A stretch of 64,000 nucleotides of DNA from Azolla caroliniana (Eukaryota > Plantae > Polypodiophyta). The number at the start of each line of letters is the position of its first letter. The first letter of the stretch is position 1. Shown piece after piece: positions 51,860 through 64,000 of this stretch. The translations under genes and the position numbers were made by a program. The notes beneath the pieces are model-generated. The model ran no database searches. It was not told the DNA's origin and was given only the letters and a program-made list of their open reading frames with translations. Location: positions 3,844,001-3,908,000 of the forward strand of contig JBHGNT010000021.1 in NCBI GenBank assembly GCA_043228905.1, in the 5' to 3' direction.

Positions 51860-52215
51860 ATCAAAGAAATGCCCATGCTTTGTATTTGTTCAAATGAATC
51901 GAGTGCTTTGTGACCTTGTCCATGTTGTCCATCACTTCCTTGGTTGTTCCAAACCTACCACATTTGTCATACATGTCCATCGAAGCATTGCCCAATACCA
52001 TTATATCATTATCCACAAGAGCCATATCCGGTTTTCCCTTGTCGATAGCTTCTACACTTCCACAAGCCTTTGCTACGGCAAGCTAGGAGACCACATGTAA
52101 AGGAAAAAACAATCTCCAACATGTAAAAACAAGTCCATTTTATCATGATTGCATTCCAAATGGCCACATTTGTAGTTAGAAGCGTCTGAAACACATCTTC
52201 CTTTGCCCCTTGTCA
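51860..52215 (-). pseudogene. PLS-class PPR pseudogene fragment
   Basis: Minus-strand remnants EDVFQTLLTTNVAIWNAIM and VLGNASMDMYDKCG. Confidence 0.7.
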
Positions 52216-52399
52216 TCTAAAGACCATAGTCAACATATAAACAACATCTCAGAGTATCCAATTTTTTCGAACGTCTTTTTTCCACATTAGCCCTAAACCT
52301 TGGACAACAAAAATGCCTACAAAATCAGCCAGCTTCATAAATCCTGTAATGTGATCACTTTATCAACTAATTCCAATGTCTGAAGTCAAGCAATGTCTT

Positions 52400-54170
52400 C
52401 CGATGACAGCAACACATTTGGCCTGAGTTGTTGTGTCTTAAAACCATTAAAAATCTCCAAGCTTCAAAACATGTATTGTCGTTGACCCTCAAGAAAAAGC
52501 TTCCAAGTCCACACCATCAACACTCATAAAACAAAAAAAGAAAATGTGTCTACTCTCCCATCGTGAAGTATGCTTCAACCCCCGCCAACCTCATGACTCA
52601 TCCTTATCAAACAAGAATCTGTTTTATTTTCCCCATCCAACATCTAGCCAATTACCACCAAAGTCCACCTCAACCATCTCTCGTCGTAGACCACCAAAGC
52701 CCTGTACATACAAAAAACATAATGACACTACTCTCCGGATCCCCTCATGAAATTATGCTTCTGCCCCCGACACCATCGTCACTCATCCTTGTCAGAAATA
52801 GATAATGTGCTTCGTTGTCCATATCAACAGTGTCATCTTTTACTACAAAGGTCCTTGAGATTGGAAGACGCGATGACCAACATCCAATGTGCTCTCCTTC
52901 TCCCCTCATGAAAGTATGCTTCAACCCCTACACCATCAAAAAATCGAATGAATCACTCTCCTCAGACACTCATTAAAAACTACTTCACCCTCCAACACCA
53001 TCTTTATGAAAATCTGCTTCATTTTCAACATCAACCATCTGTCCATTTTCAGATTCCATCAAGCATCCTGATATATAGACAGCAAACAATAAATATAATA
53101 AAGTATAATATTATATACACCCTCAAAAAATCGAATGAATACTCTCCTCAGACACTCATAAAAAACTGCTTCCCCCTCCAACACCATCTTTATAGAAAAT
53201 TTGCTTCATTTTCAACATCAACCATTTGTCCATTTTCAGATTCCATCAAGCATCCTGACATATAGACAACAAACATATTAGTGTAAAAAACTGTTGGGAG
53301 ACAGGTCCCTCCGGATGGGAAGGGAGAAGAACAGTGCCAACGAACAAACTCGGCCGAGGCCGATAGGCCTCGGCCGAAACGGTATGAGGAGTACCCGGCT
53401 ACGGAGAGCCGGATGATACAGACCCAGTGTGAACCGGATGAGGAGTACCCGGCTACGGAGAGCCGGATGGTGCAGGCCCGGTATGAACCGGATGAGGAGT
53501 ACCCGGCTACGGAGAGCCGGATGATGCAGGCCCGGTATGAACCGGATGAGGAGTACCCGACTACGGAGAGCCGGATGGTGCAGGCCCGGTATGAACCGGA
53601 GGAAGAGACATATTCGTAAATATGTTTCTGAGAGCCCATTGTGGCTATATTTGTAAATAGCTGAAAAGTCATATTAGTATAAATATGACTTAGGGCAAAC
53701 TAATAATGTTGTTGTTGATGCAAGAATAGAGAGAGTGTGTAACTGTACAGAGAGAGGGAGAGAGACGAGGTCGTTGCCTCTATCGTAACCGCCGCCTGTG
53801 GCGAAGATCGTGAGTCCGAGGTCGTTGCCTCCGAGTACTCACTGTTATGTACATTCATACATAGTGACAGTTTGCAGCCTGTGGGCTGCCGTGGTTTTTC
53901 CCCTAGTTTGGGGTTTTCCACGTAAACCTCCTGTGTACTCTTCCTCTCCTTTGTGTCGTGTTCTATTTCCCGTTTTTCTGTGTATCATTCTAAGCTCGGT
54001 TGTGGCCGAGCGTTGCGCATAAGGAACGTTGGGTTCCCGTCAAGAAAAACTCCCTCACCAACTCATGATACTATGCTTCAAACCCCACACCATGTTCACT
54101 CCTCCTTATCCCTCAAAAGAATGTTGCTTCTTACGTCCACAACAACCACTTGCCATCTCGCTAATCGACA
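52400..54170 (-). repeat. Degenerate repeat family 'R' (reverse complement of the 59150-59950 units), including a tandem duplication with ~185-bp period (52938-53275), interrupted by an LTR
   Basis: Recurring tatgcttcaacccc...catc..cactcatcc, the reverse complement of ggatgagtgatgatg...ggggttgaagcata. Confidence 0.65.
53292..54022 (+). mobile_element. Solo LTR related to the 16635-22031 copia family, with 4 x 54-bp tandem repeats (53386-53600)
   Basis: Starts TGTTGGG and shares gtccctccggatggga, ctatatttgtaaatagc, gtataaatatgacttagggcaaac, gaggtcgttgcctct and ctcggttgtggccgagc with the copia LTR. The terminal CA and TSD are not intact. Confidence 0.9.
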
Positions 54171-54416
54171 CTAAATTTTGGCTTGCCATGTCCTTGATTT
54201 CCACCAACGGCATCACTTATCATGTCCAACGACACTGCTTCATAGTCCATTAGGTAAGTAAGAAAACCTGGTGAAAAGTATCAAACAATATAGATTACTT
54301 TGAATAGAAATCTATAAATATCTCCCTATCACACCATAGGAACACTTCTTTCTCCCATAGCAACATCCTTTTCCAACAAAGAAAAGAATTATTATGTTTA
54401 TCAACAAGTTATGTTG

Positions 54417-57400
54417 TTATGTGCTCTGAAATAAGAAAGGATTAGGCGGAGGAAACAACCATCGTGGTGGCACATAATTCCAACAGTTTTCATGTGTCCC
54501 ATCCAACCATAGAGGTATTGGCCTCCATGTCTGATGAATTTTTCTTCTTTTCTTATGCACCTTTTCTGTTGGTCCTTTTATATTATCGTACTCTCCCTTA
54601 ATTGTATGTACTAAGTTGCCCCATAACATCTTTATCATATCCACAACATTATACTCGATATCGTCATATTTCTTGTTGCACCTACACTCCCACCACACCC
54701 ATAAAGCATTAATCAAGACAATATTCCAAACAAAGAACTTTTTAAAATATTTACCACCCGGACTATTCGGAAGAACTACTTCAATTCTATTCTCCGACAC
54801 ACGCAATGCTTCCACACATTGCTCCCCCTCGTACATTGATACTTGGACATCCAAAGACCCCCAAAAAACAGCTCCCCATGTAAAAATCGCTCCTCTATAT
54901 TTACAAGAAAACAACCTTAGTATTCTTCCCCAATATTGTTGAGCTGCAACACAAGTCCAAAACAAATGTTTCAAAGTCTCCTCCTGTAATTGGCAACACA
55001 CACAACGACGATCATGAACCTGTCCTTTTAGATGACAACCTACAGGTAAAGCATAATGAAGTAATAACCACTTAAAAGAAATGGTTCTCCGCAAACATGA
55101 TAAAGTCCATAGACTTTTCCAGTAAGCTACCAAACATTGAGGCGATATTGCACCTGACTCCCAATACTTTTGTGCAGCAGGACTTATGGAATGGCATTGC
55201 AACAAGAAGCGTCTCCCGTAGGCCACAGAATACTGAAAAAAAGGAAGAGTTCTACTTTCTTGTTCATTTGCCGAAGACCTTCCAACCAACCGCCATGCGT
55301 AATCAATCGGATCCCAATTAAGGTGTTCCACCGGCTTACTTTGAAATGCCCACAGTTGTCGTGCGTGGTCTGCCAAAAAAGGCTTAGGATCTAGGAAAAT
55401 CTTCTTCTCTAACCTAGCAATTACCCTAATGGGTTTTTGGGAGGCTAGTTGCATAATTTCAGCTTCTTCTTCCACTAAATATAAAAGACCAGCATCTCCA
55501 ACCTCATAAAATCTTATTGTACCCTAATCAATGTAAGCCCTAGCACCTATTAAAATGCCCAAAGGTGAGAAAAGATTGTACCATGTATAATTATTATGTA
55601 AGGTAATTTGCCTTTGACAATTCTGAAAAGCCTAGTGAATCTAAACGGACATCAAACATCCCCCACGTAATGAAGACAAGAATTGTTTTTTGTCCTCGTT
55701 TGAGAGAAATTGAAAACGTTCCCAATCAGCCACACTTGTAGCTGGTCCCGAGTCCATTTTCCCCCACGATAAATGCGGCCTAATACCTAAAACACAACCA
55801 GAGCTATCAGTAAACAAAGGATTCCATAGCAATGGTTGTCTTAGAAATTGGGCTTCTCTTGAAGGCTGTTGAAATAATAGAGCCTCTCTAATGTCCTTCC
55901 ATGCCCTCAAAATACTTGTAAAAAATCTTCTAGATACAACATTTTGAGCCTTAATTGGAAATTCAGAATTAAACAACCATCTACAACTATCTTGCCACTG
56001 TCCTCCTAAGGTAGGCTTAATGTTACGAATATCTAACAACCATAACTTTTTCCACAACTCATCCCCAGGCATAAATCCTCTCACAACATGCTTCGCAAGA
56101 AGAGCCTTACTCTGGAGCATAGGATGTATTAAGCCTAGTCCACCTTCCCTTATTGGCCGGATTAAAACCGACCAAACAACTTTTGCAACAGCCCTTGATC
56201 CCAGTGAAGCACCCCAAATAAAATTACGAACTAAACGTTGTAATTTCAATATAATGGAACGTGAAAATAACCACGTTGACGCAATATACCACATTGATGT
56301 GAGCAAAACAGAGTTTGCCACAACTACCCTTCCAGGTAAAGACAAATTAGTTGTATCCCAATATAACAATTTATTTCTAACTCGTAATAAAAGGGGTGTT
56401 ACCATATCTTCTGCTGGCAATTCTAGCCCTACTTGACAACCCAGATACCTTACTGCTCTGCCTCGAGGCACCCAAATAAAACCTGGAGTTGGCACATCTT
56501 GTGGAGGAGAGGAAGACGCGACCCAAAATCCCATAGACTTGTCCCAATTAATCAAAGTTCTTGAAGCATCACAAAAATCTATTACTGGTTGTTGAAGATT
56601 CAACAAATTCTCCTTATCTACAGAAACATATAAAGCGGTGTCATCAACAAATTCTGAATCAACAATCATGGTTGCATATCCTTGTATAGGTAAGGCTATA
56701 CCACGAGTATGTACATTCCTACTCCTAAGGTAATCAGAAAAAGCTTCAGAGACTAAAATAAACAAAAAGGGAGCTAGTGGACACCCTTGTCTTACTGATC
56801 TCGAAATTATAAATCTACAACCAACATCACCTGCAAACAAAAGAGAACTATGAGCGGTCCTATACAAAGTTGCGACAGCCCTAATCTATTTTTGTTGTGA
56901 TGTCCCTTCCATGAAATCCCAATCTACTTTGTCATAGGCCTTCTCGAAATCTAAAAACAAAATAGCCAAATCTTGTTGTTGTTGCTCTGCAATAGCCACC
57001 ATTTCCCGAAACAAAAAAATGTTATCAAAAATACTTCTCTCTTGAACAAAACCCATTTGGGAAACATGAATTAGTTGAGGTAAAAAAGGTTGCACCCTCC
57101 TTGCTATTGTTTTAGCTAAGATCTTATACACAACATTAAGTAGTGTTATAGGTCTCCATTTTCGAATATCATCCAAAGGGCCATCCCCCTTTGGAATCAA
57201 ATATATTAGGCCTTCTGTCCATTCCTGAGGCATATAACCATGGTCAAGAATTTGTTGGTAGGCAGAAGTCAAAACATTACCAATCATATCCCAATACTCT
57301 ATATACCATGAAACCCCTATCCCATCAACACATGGACACACATCCTTACCTAAAGCCTTTGCTGCAAACAAAACTTCAGAAGGTTGCAACAGAGCAAGCA

Positions 57401-59148
57401 AAGAAATTTGCATTTCCAATGAAACTCGATTAGAGACCGAAGCCCAAACAACATCCCTCTTAATCACATTATTTCTTTAAATTGGAACTGTTATCAACAA
57501 ATGACTATAAAAAGAGGATGTTATGTCCCTCATCTCTATCACATTCGATGTAAAAGACCCATCAACTCGTCTCATACTCGTCGGTTGAGACTTATGTGAT
57601 TTAATGCGATGAGGTTCAAAAAACCCTTTACAAACTGTATCAGTCTGTCTAGTCCATCTTGCAAAGGATTTATGATACCAAAAATCTGACTTCTGCAATT
57701 GCATATCAGTAATTGTTTTCCCAAGATCAATAATTCCCGCGGCTAAATCTACAGACCTAGGCCACCTTTGTTCCAAATGTTGTAACGTTGTCAAAGCTCG
57801 TTTGTATCTTCCAATCTTGGAATCATAATCAAGGTACAAAGCTTTCGCTTTACTTTGAAAAAATTCTTGAATTTCTTTCAACACATGCACCACATTAAAC
57901 AAGATAACATTGGATTCCACATCATAATGATATCGAAACCAAATACTTTGAACAAAATGTTTACAATCGTCTCTAAGAAAAACGGAGTTAGGGATTCTAG
58001 ATCTACTAGCCCTTCTTGTCGATGATAAAAAGAATTTTAACTTAAGAGGTGAATGATCATAAAAAGAACAACCAGGTAAGATTCCTAATTGACCACCTCT
58101 AATCCACATAAAAGCATCCCCATAAAACCTATCCAAACGAGAAAGGTTGACCCCTGCCAATCTCTTGTCAGATCTTGAAAAAGATAGAGATTCTAGTATT
58201 CTATTAAAGGATTGCACTGACCAAAGATCAACCAATTGTAGTGACAGACATAGTTTTTCCCACTCCCTAAATTCTAACCCAGAGATAATGCGTAAACTAC
58301 CACCTTGCCTATCTTGCACATCCTCTAACATATTAAAATCCCCAACTAATGCCCAATGGTCAATCTGAGGTATTTGTAATAGAATTTCAGACCAAAAACG
58401 AGACCTCGCTGCTTCAGAATTTGGTGCATAAAGGTTAAGCAAACCCCACTTAATCGCTCCTATTTGAAAAACAATATATTGTGCTCTTTTATTTGCTAAT
58501 GATCCAGACATACTTACATGTGCAGCCCAAATTTGTGAAACCGCAATACATAAACCCCCCTAGGTATCATTCGGTCCAAAAGCCGACAACCAGAATTGTT
58601 GCCACCTCCCGGGGAGAAGATTCCCATATTTTAAGATGCGTTGTTCCCCTAAATGATGCTCTTGAATCATGAGCACATCTATTGGTCCTACATAAGGCTT
58701 TTTTAACTCCTATCTAAAAACCCCTCTCATTCTTCGAAACCTACTACCTCCTAATCCTTGAACATTCCATGAGATTATATTTAGAACATCCATTAATAAT
58801 AATAATAAACTAAGTATTATGAAATTGTCCTTTTTCCGGCCAAAACTTCTCCTTGGTGTTTTCCTTCTTCAGCAACACGTAATTGTCTTCTAGTTATCAT
58901 CATATCTTTACCCGAGTATTTATGTGCACAGACTGGCATTACTTTTTCCAATGTCATACTATCATCTGGAACCAAAGTTATTGCCGAAAAGGAAAAATCA
59001 TTAATTTCTTGAGCAACCATCGTTTCCACTACGGAGAGAGACTTTTGTTTTGATGGATCCTCCTCATAGATTACTAACAATAACTCCTTTTCACAATCCA
59101 TGTCAATCCCCAAACAGTCAACTTGTTGCGCCTTGTCCTGAGGCACCG
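54417..59148 (-). mobile_element. 5'-truncated L1-type LINE: end of ORF1 plus near-complete decayed ORF2
   Basis: EN start IISWNVQGLGG at ~58790, NLYAPN, GDFN, SRLDRFY. RT motifs WRPITLLNVVYKILAK, DFEKAYD, SVRQGCPLAPFLF, FVDDT, YLG. C-terminal CxxC...HLFWTC and PPRWLFPP. Confidence 0.93.
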
Positions 59149-59149
59149 G

Positions 59150-59950
59150 ATGAGTGATGATGTTGTAGGGGTTGAAGTTGTTCTCATGAGAAGGAAGTTG
59201 ATATGTTGGTGATCATCGGCGATAGCGAGATGATTGATGTGGATTGGAGGAAGTTCATTTTCTGGTTTTTTTTAAGGATGAGTGATGATGTTGTAGGGGA
59301 TGAAGTTAATATCATGAGAAGGTGAGGAACTTTTTAGACTCATTTTTGTTGTTGTTGTCTGTACAGGATGTTAATGACAATCGGCAATATGGCAAGAGGG
59401 TCGGCCAGATGTTAATGAGGATTGAGTGAAGATGATTTTATGTTGTTCATTAGGATGAGTGATGATGAAGGTAGAGATTGAAGCATATTGCCATGATGAG
59501 AGGATGAGTGATGATGGTGTGGAGGCCGAAGCAGAGCATGAGTAGGAAACATTCTAGACTCATTCTGTTATTATTGGTACAGGAATCTAGTGGTAATTGG
59601 CGAGATGGTTGATGTGGACTAAAGGAAGAAAAATTTCTCTGTGATAAGGATGAGCGAAGATTGTTGGGGGGTCAAAGCTGACTAATATGAGTAGGTGAGT
59701 AAATTTTTAGACTCATTTTTTGCTGTCAATACAAGATGTTGGTGGGCATCGGCAAGATGGAAAGATGGTCGGTGAGGTCCAAATGTTGATGTGGACTAAA
59801 TGAAGAAGATTTTAGGTTTCTCATTATGATGAGTGATGATGGTGTGGCGGTAGGGATTGAAGCATAGTAACATGATAAGAGGATGAGTGATGATGGTGTG
59901 GGGGGCGAAGGAGATCATGAGGGGGAAGGAAATAGTCTAGCTTCATTTTG
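59150..59950 (+). repeat. Degenerate array of repeat family 'R' (ggatgagtgatgatg... units)
   Basis: ggatgagtgatgatg(t/g)tgt(a/g)g recurs at least six times. 59199-59292 also matches 51423-51517. Confidence 0.7.
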
Positions 59951-60079
59951 TTGATTTGTGCATCTTGGGTTCTGCATACCTGGAAATTGCTGCCCAGAAC
60001 AAAGTTGATGGGATGTGTATCACGAGGAGTAAATTGGTCTTCTCATAGACCCTTGATGTGCCCACAAGAAGGATGTGCT

Positions 60080-61990
60080 TCAACATTAGTGTTAGATGCT
60101 CTTCAAATCGGCTCAGCCTTGGTTGATATGTATGCTAAATGTGGTATGCTTGCAAAATTGAAATAAGTGCTTGAAGAGCTTCCTTTTCGAAATGAAGTCT
60201 CTTGGTCTTCACTAATTGTTGGATATGCCCAACAATGTCGACGCTACAAAGCATTGAAATGCTTTGAAAGGATGAGATATGAGGGTTATCTTGTCGATGC
60301 AATCACCTTCATTTGCATCATGAAAGCTTGTGGTACCATAGGAGCTATTGATGAGGTCAACGAGATTTATAATGAGACTGTAAGTAGAGGCTTGATTAAT
60401 ATGAATATCATGCTTGGCACATCTTTAGTAGATGTGGTCTCTTTACCGAAGCACAATATGTTCTTGATGTGCTTCTTATTCGAAATGAAGTGTCGTGGTC
60501 AGCACTAATCAAAGGCTATACACACAATGGGAAAGATCACGAAGCACTAAGTTGTTTAGAACAGATGCGAACTGAGGGAATTTCTCCTAATGCAATAACA
60601 TTCATTTCCATCCTAAAAGCATGTGGCAACTCTGGAGCAATAAATGAAGGCATCAAGATTCATGATGAGATTGGGACAAGGAGGTACTTGTTAGAGAAGA
60701 ATATTGTGCTTGGCACTATGCTTGTGGATATGTATGTGAAATGTGAGATTTTTTCTGCGAACTCCTTTGCTGGCTTTTTTTTGGAGGTTGGACTATGCAT
60801 CTTGCTTATTTGGAGAATGGAAGGCTCACGAAGTGCTCAAAGGGCATCTTGTCCAAGATGTGGTCTCTTGGTCTACATTAATTTCAGGACATACCCAATA
60901 AGAGCAAGATCTTGAACCACTAAAGTGTTTTGAATGTATGCCAAGTGAGGGCCTTTTTCCTTATGTGATCTTATTCATTTGCATTTTGAAGGCTTGTGTA
61001 AACATAGAAGCTCTATACAAGGGTAAACAAATGCATAATATGATTCTCACTCAAGGTTGTTGAAAAATGATTTTATGCTTGGAAATACCTTAGTGAATAT
61101 GTATGCCAAATGTGGAGAGTTTGTAAACCTCAAAAAGTGCTTTAAGAGCTTCCTATTCGAGATATAGTCTCTTGGAATCCACTTATTGGTTTAAAGGCTT
61201 GTGGAAACATAGGAGCTCTATACAAGGGTAAACAAATGCATAATATGATTCTCAGGTCAAGGTTGCTCAAAAATGATTTTATGCTTGGAAATACTTTATT
61301 GAATGTGTATGCCAAATGTGGAGAGTTTGTAAAATCTCAAAAAGTGCTTCAAGAGCTTCCTATTCGAGATATAGTTTCTTGGAATGCACTTATTGGTGAG
61401 TATGCTAAATAGGGTCAAGGCCACAAAGTTGGACCATTTTAAACAGATTCAAAATGATGGCATTGCCCCAGATAGATACTGTCACATATTTTTTGTTTCC
61501 TTGCAAAAGCACAAGAGGATATGTAGAGAACGGCAAAGATAAAGAATCATTGAATTATGTTCAGTTTATGCAATATCAAGGTAATGTGGAATTGGGTTTT
61601 GTGAAGAAACTCTTAATTTTGTTGAGCATCAGCAAATGGAGGGGTTTAATATGATGACATTTTCTGGTATGTTGAAAGCATGTGCAACATGGGAGATATA
61701 CAGAAAGGGAACAACTTCCATGTTCAAATGTCCTCGCAAAACATGGAGGTCACAAAAACAAGTGCCCTTAATTCGAAGTATGCTTGAAGCTTAACAAGTC
61801 TTTGCCATAAGACAAGCAAGAAGTCTTTTTGAATGGTCTACTTTAAGTCTGAGATATGCTTGAAACGTAGAAACTGTGCAGAAAACATTTAGCACAATTA
61901 TAGTTTCAAATATCATCTCATGGAATGCACTCAAAAGAGGCTATAGAGACTATGGATATGCCGAGGAGGTGTGTATTAGTTTTGAACAGA
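60080..61990 (+). pseudogene. PLS-class pentatricopeptide repeat (PPR) pseudogene, with no introns evident and many stops/frameshifts, plus an internal ~200-bp duplication (60990-61395)
   Basis: SALVDMYAKCG, LPFRNEVSWSSLIVGYAQ, DAITFICIMKACG, RNEVSWSALIKGY, PNAITFISILKACG, NIVLGTMLVDMYVKC, NIISWNAL. Confidence 0.9.
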
Positions 61991-62058
61991 TGCAATACAA
62001 TATATGTATATTGTTTCCTTTAATTTTAATACCAATGGAGGATATTTTTTATGGAAAA

Positions 62059-62313
<255 letters not shown>

Positions 62314-62369
62314 GTACCATAATGTTAGATTAAAGACAATGGTGTTCGATTACAACGAGAAAACGTGTT

Positions 62370-62677
62370 GTCATGGAATGGCATCGCGTAATGCTTTTGT
62401 AGAATCCCTTCATGGATCCCTCTTGCATAGTTCCTTCATGGAATAACATGGCGCTTGTGGAATGAAGGGGCCTTCATGTATTCCAAGGGGCTCTCCTAGA
62501 ATCAAAGGGGCACTCTAGGATTGAATAGATGCTCATATAATTAATAGGCACTCATGCTTTGTACCAACACACGTGCAATAAATGGGCTTCCGTGGATTTG
62601 CACCCCTTCAAGCACTCTCTCTTGGAAAAGCCACACATCACCATTAAAAATGAGATTAACCAACATTAATATTAACA
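62370..62677. mobile_element. Partial LTR-like repeat, same family as 49860-50101
   Basis: Shared blocks and the same attaatattaaca terminus. Confidence 0.6.
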
Positions 62678-63091
62678 ATCTTTTCTACCACAAATCCTAG
62701 ATTAAGGACAACAATGTACGATTACAATGAGAAAACCATTTTTAACTTAAGTGAATAACAATGGGAACACAAAAAGAAAAGAAACAATCAAGGAAAAAGG
62801 TTGAGTTTCGTGGCCTGAGCTCTAGATCAACATTCGTGATCCTCTTGTCAATGCTTTCCATAGCTTTCGAATTCAATCTTCTCCCTCTTTAGTACCTCTT
62901 TCTCCGTCTCTTGCATTCCTCCCCTGAACAAGAAGAACCCTAAATAGCTCAATAGAAGACAAACCTTTAAACCTTCAAACCCAACCCAAGGAGAAGACAT
63001 TCAAGAGATGTAGCCTAATACATCCACTCCCATTAACCATTTAGAACCCTAAATTGATGAAGAAAAAGATAAACCTAAGAAGAAGACAAGA

Positions 63092-63495
63092 AAAATACCC
63101 AAACCTAAAACCCAAAAAAGGAAAAGAAGTGTCTCTCTAAACTCCGAAATAACGATCTCCCAAAAATAAACTCTTCCTTCCCTTTTTTCATAGTGAGAGA
63201 AAAGGCCCACTTATCATAATAAACATTCACTTATCCCCCTTCTCATCGAGAAACAAAAATGGTATATAATATATTACTCCTATGTGCAAATGTGCCAAAA
63301 AAAAAACCCAGATGAAGACGAGAAAAACACCCAAAACCCTAAAACCCCAAAAAGAAAAAAGAAGTTCCTCTCCAAACTCCAAATAATAATCTCCCAAAAA
63401 ATGACAAAGTAACCTGAAAATAAGCCCTTCCCTCCCCTTTCTATAGTCACGAGTGAAGAGGCTTGTCTATCGTAATAAATGCTCACTTACCCCCT
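63092..63495. repeat. Degenerate direct duplication of ~150-170 bp
   Basis: cccaaa(a)cc(c)taaaaccc...aaactcc(g/a)aaataa(c/t)...atctcccaaaa...tcactta(t/c)cccc occurs at ~63092-63240 and ~63325-63495. Confidence 0.7.
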
Positions 63496-64000
63496 ATTAG
63501 AATTTAACTAACTATTTAAAGGAAATATAAGGAATTATTAACCAAACAAAGGAAAGAGGGGTGTCAAACCACTCGGCCACCCCTAACAATGACGTGAGAC
63601 GGACCTGAACCTCCTCGATGTCCCATACCATCGAGGATTTATGAGAGTCGTAGCTTGGGTTTTGTGAGGATTTCATGTGCTTAGCTAAGAAGAGTCATAG
63701 GCTATGGCCACATTGGCATAATCTCAACATAAGTCCCGCCTCCCTTTGATTAGAAGATGTCCTATACCATCGAGGATTGCATGTGCTTAGCTGGCCTCCT
63801 TAAATAGGCAAAAACCCTAGGCCTTAGTGTGTTCACACTTCACACTTTATTTGAAGTGGTCAAGTCATAACACACTTAATAGTTATCCCAGACAATAGAA
63901 TTGAATATTACAATCTTGTTCCTTTCATAGTTAACTCGCACGTACTCATCATAAGATTAGGAAGAACTACGGAAAACCTATATCATGATCAGTTATGGTC

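Noticed and set aside
53190-53672. Repeat-protein ORFs (EPDEEYPATESRM / GYSSSGSYRAC)
   Set aside because: By-product of a 54-bp (multiple of 3) LTR minisatellite. The sister LTR has a 28-bp period, so frame is not conserved.

Overview
Eukaryotic nuclear DNA from a land plant, most likely a seed-free lineage such as a fern. This is inferred from a flagellar DRC8-like gene, an eIF4G that retains a W2 domain, and PLS-class PPR relics. There are three spliced host genes: eIF4G (+, ~876-9640), a 5-exon EF-hand DRC8/EFCAB2-like gene that the ORF track only partly captures (+, 35171-36181), and a STICHEL-like DnaX-family AAA+ ATPase (-, 37330-42205). The rest is nested mobile DNA. A full-length L1-type LINE with an 18-bp TSD carries a very young Ty1/copia. 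A second LINE is bracketed by tRNA-like direct repeats and interrupted by a non-autonomous hAT element with a 5-copy internal array. There are also a (TA)n-embedded MITE, solo/partial LTRs, a SINE-like insert, and an inverted arrangement of repeat+PPR pseudogene modules around a third LINE. No prokaryotic systems or CRISPR arrays were seen. All calls come from manual reading; no searches were run.
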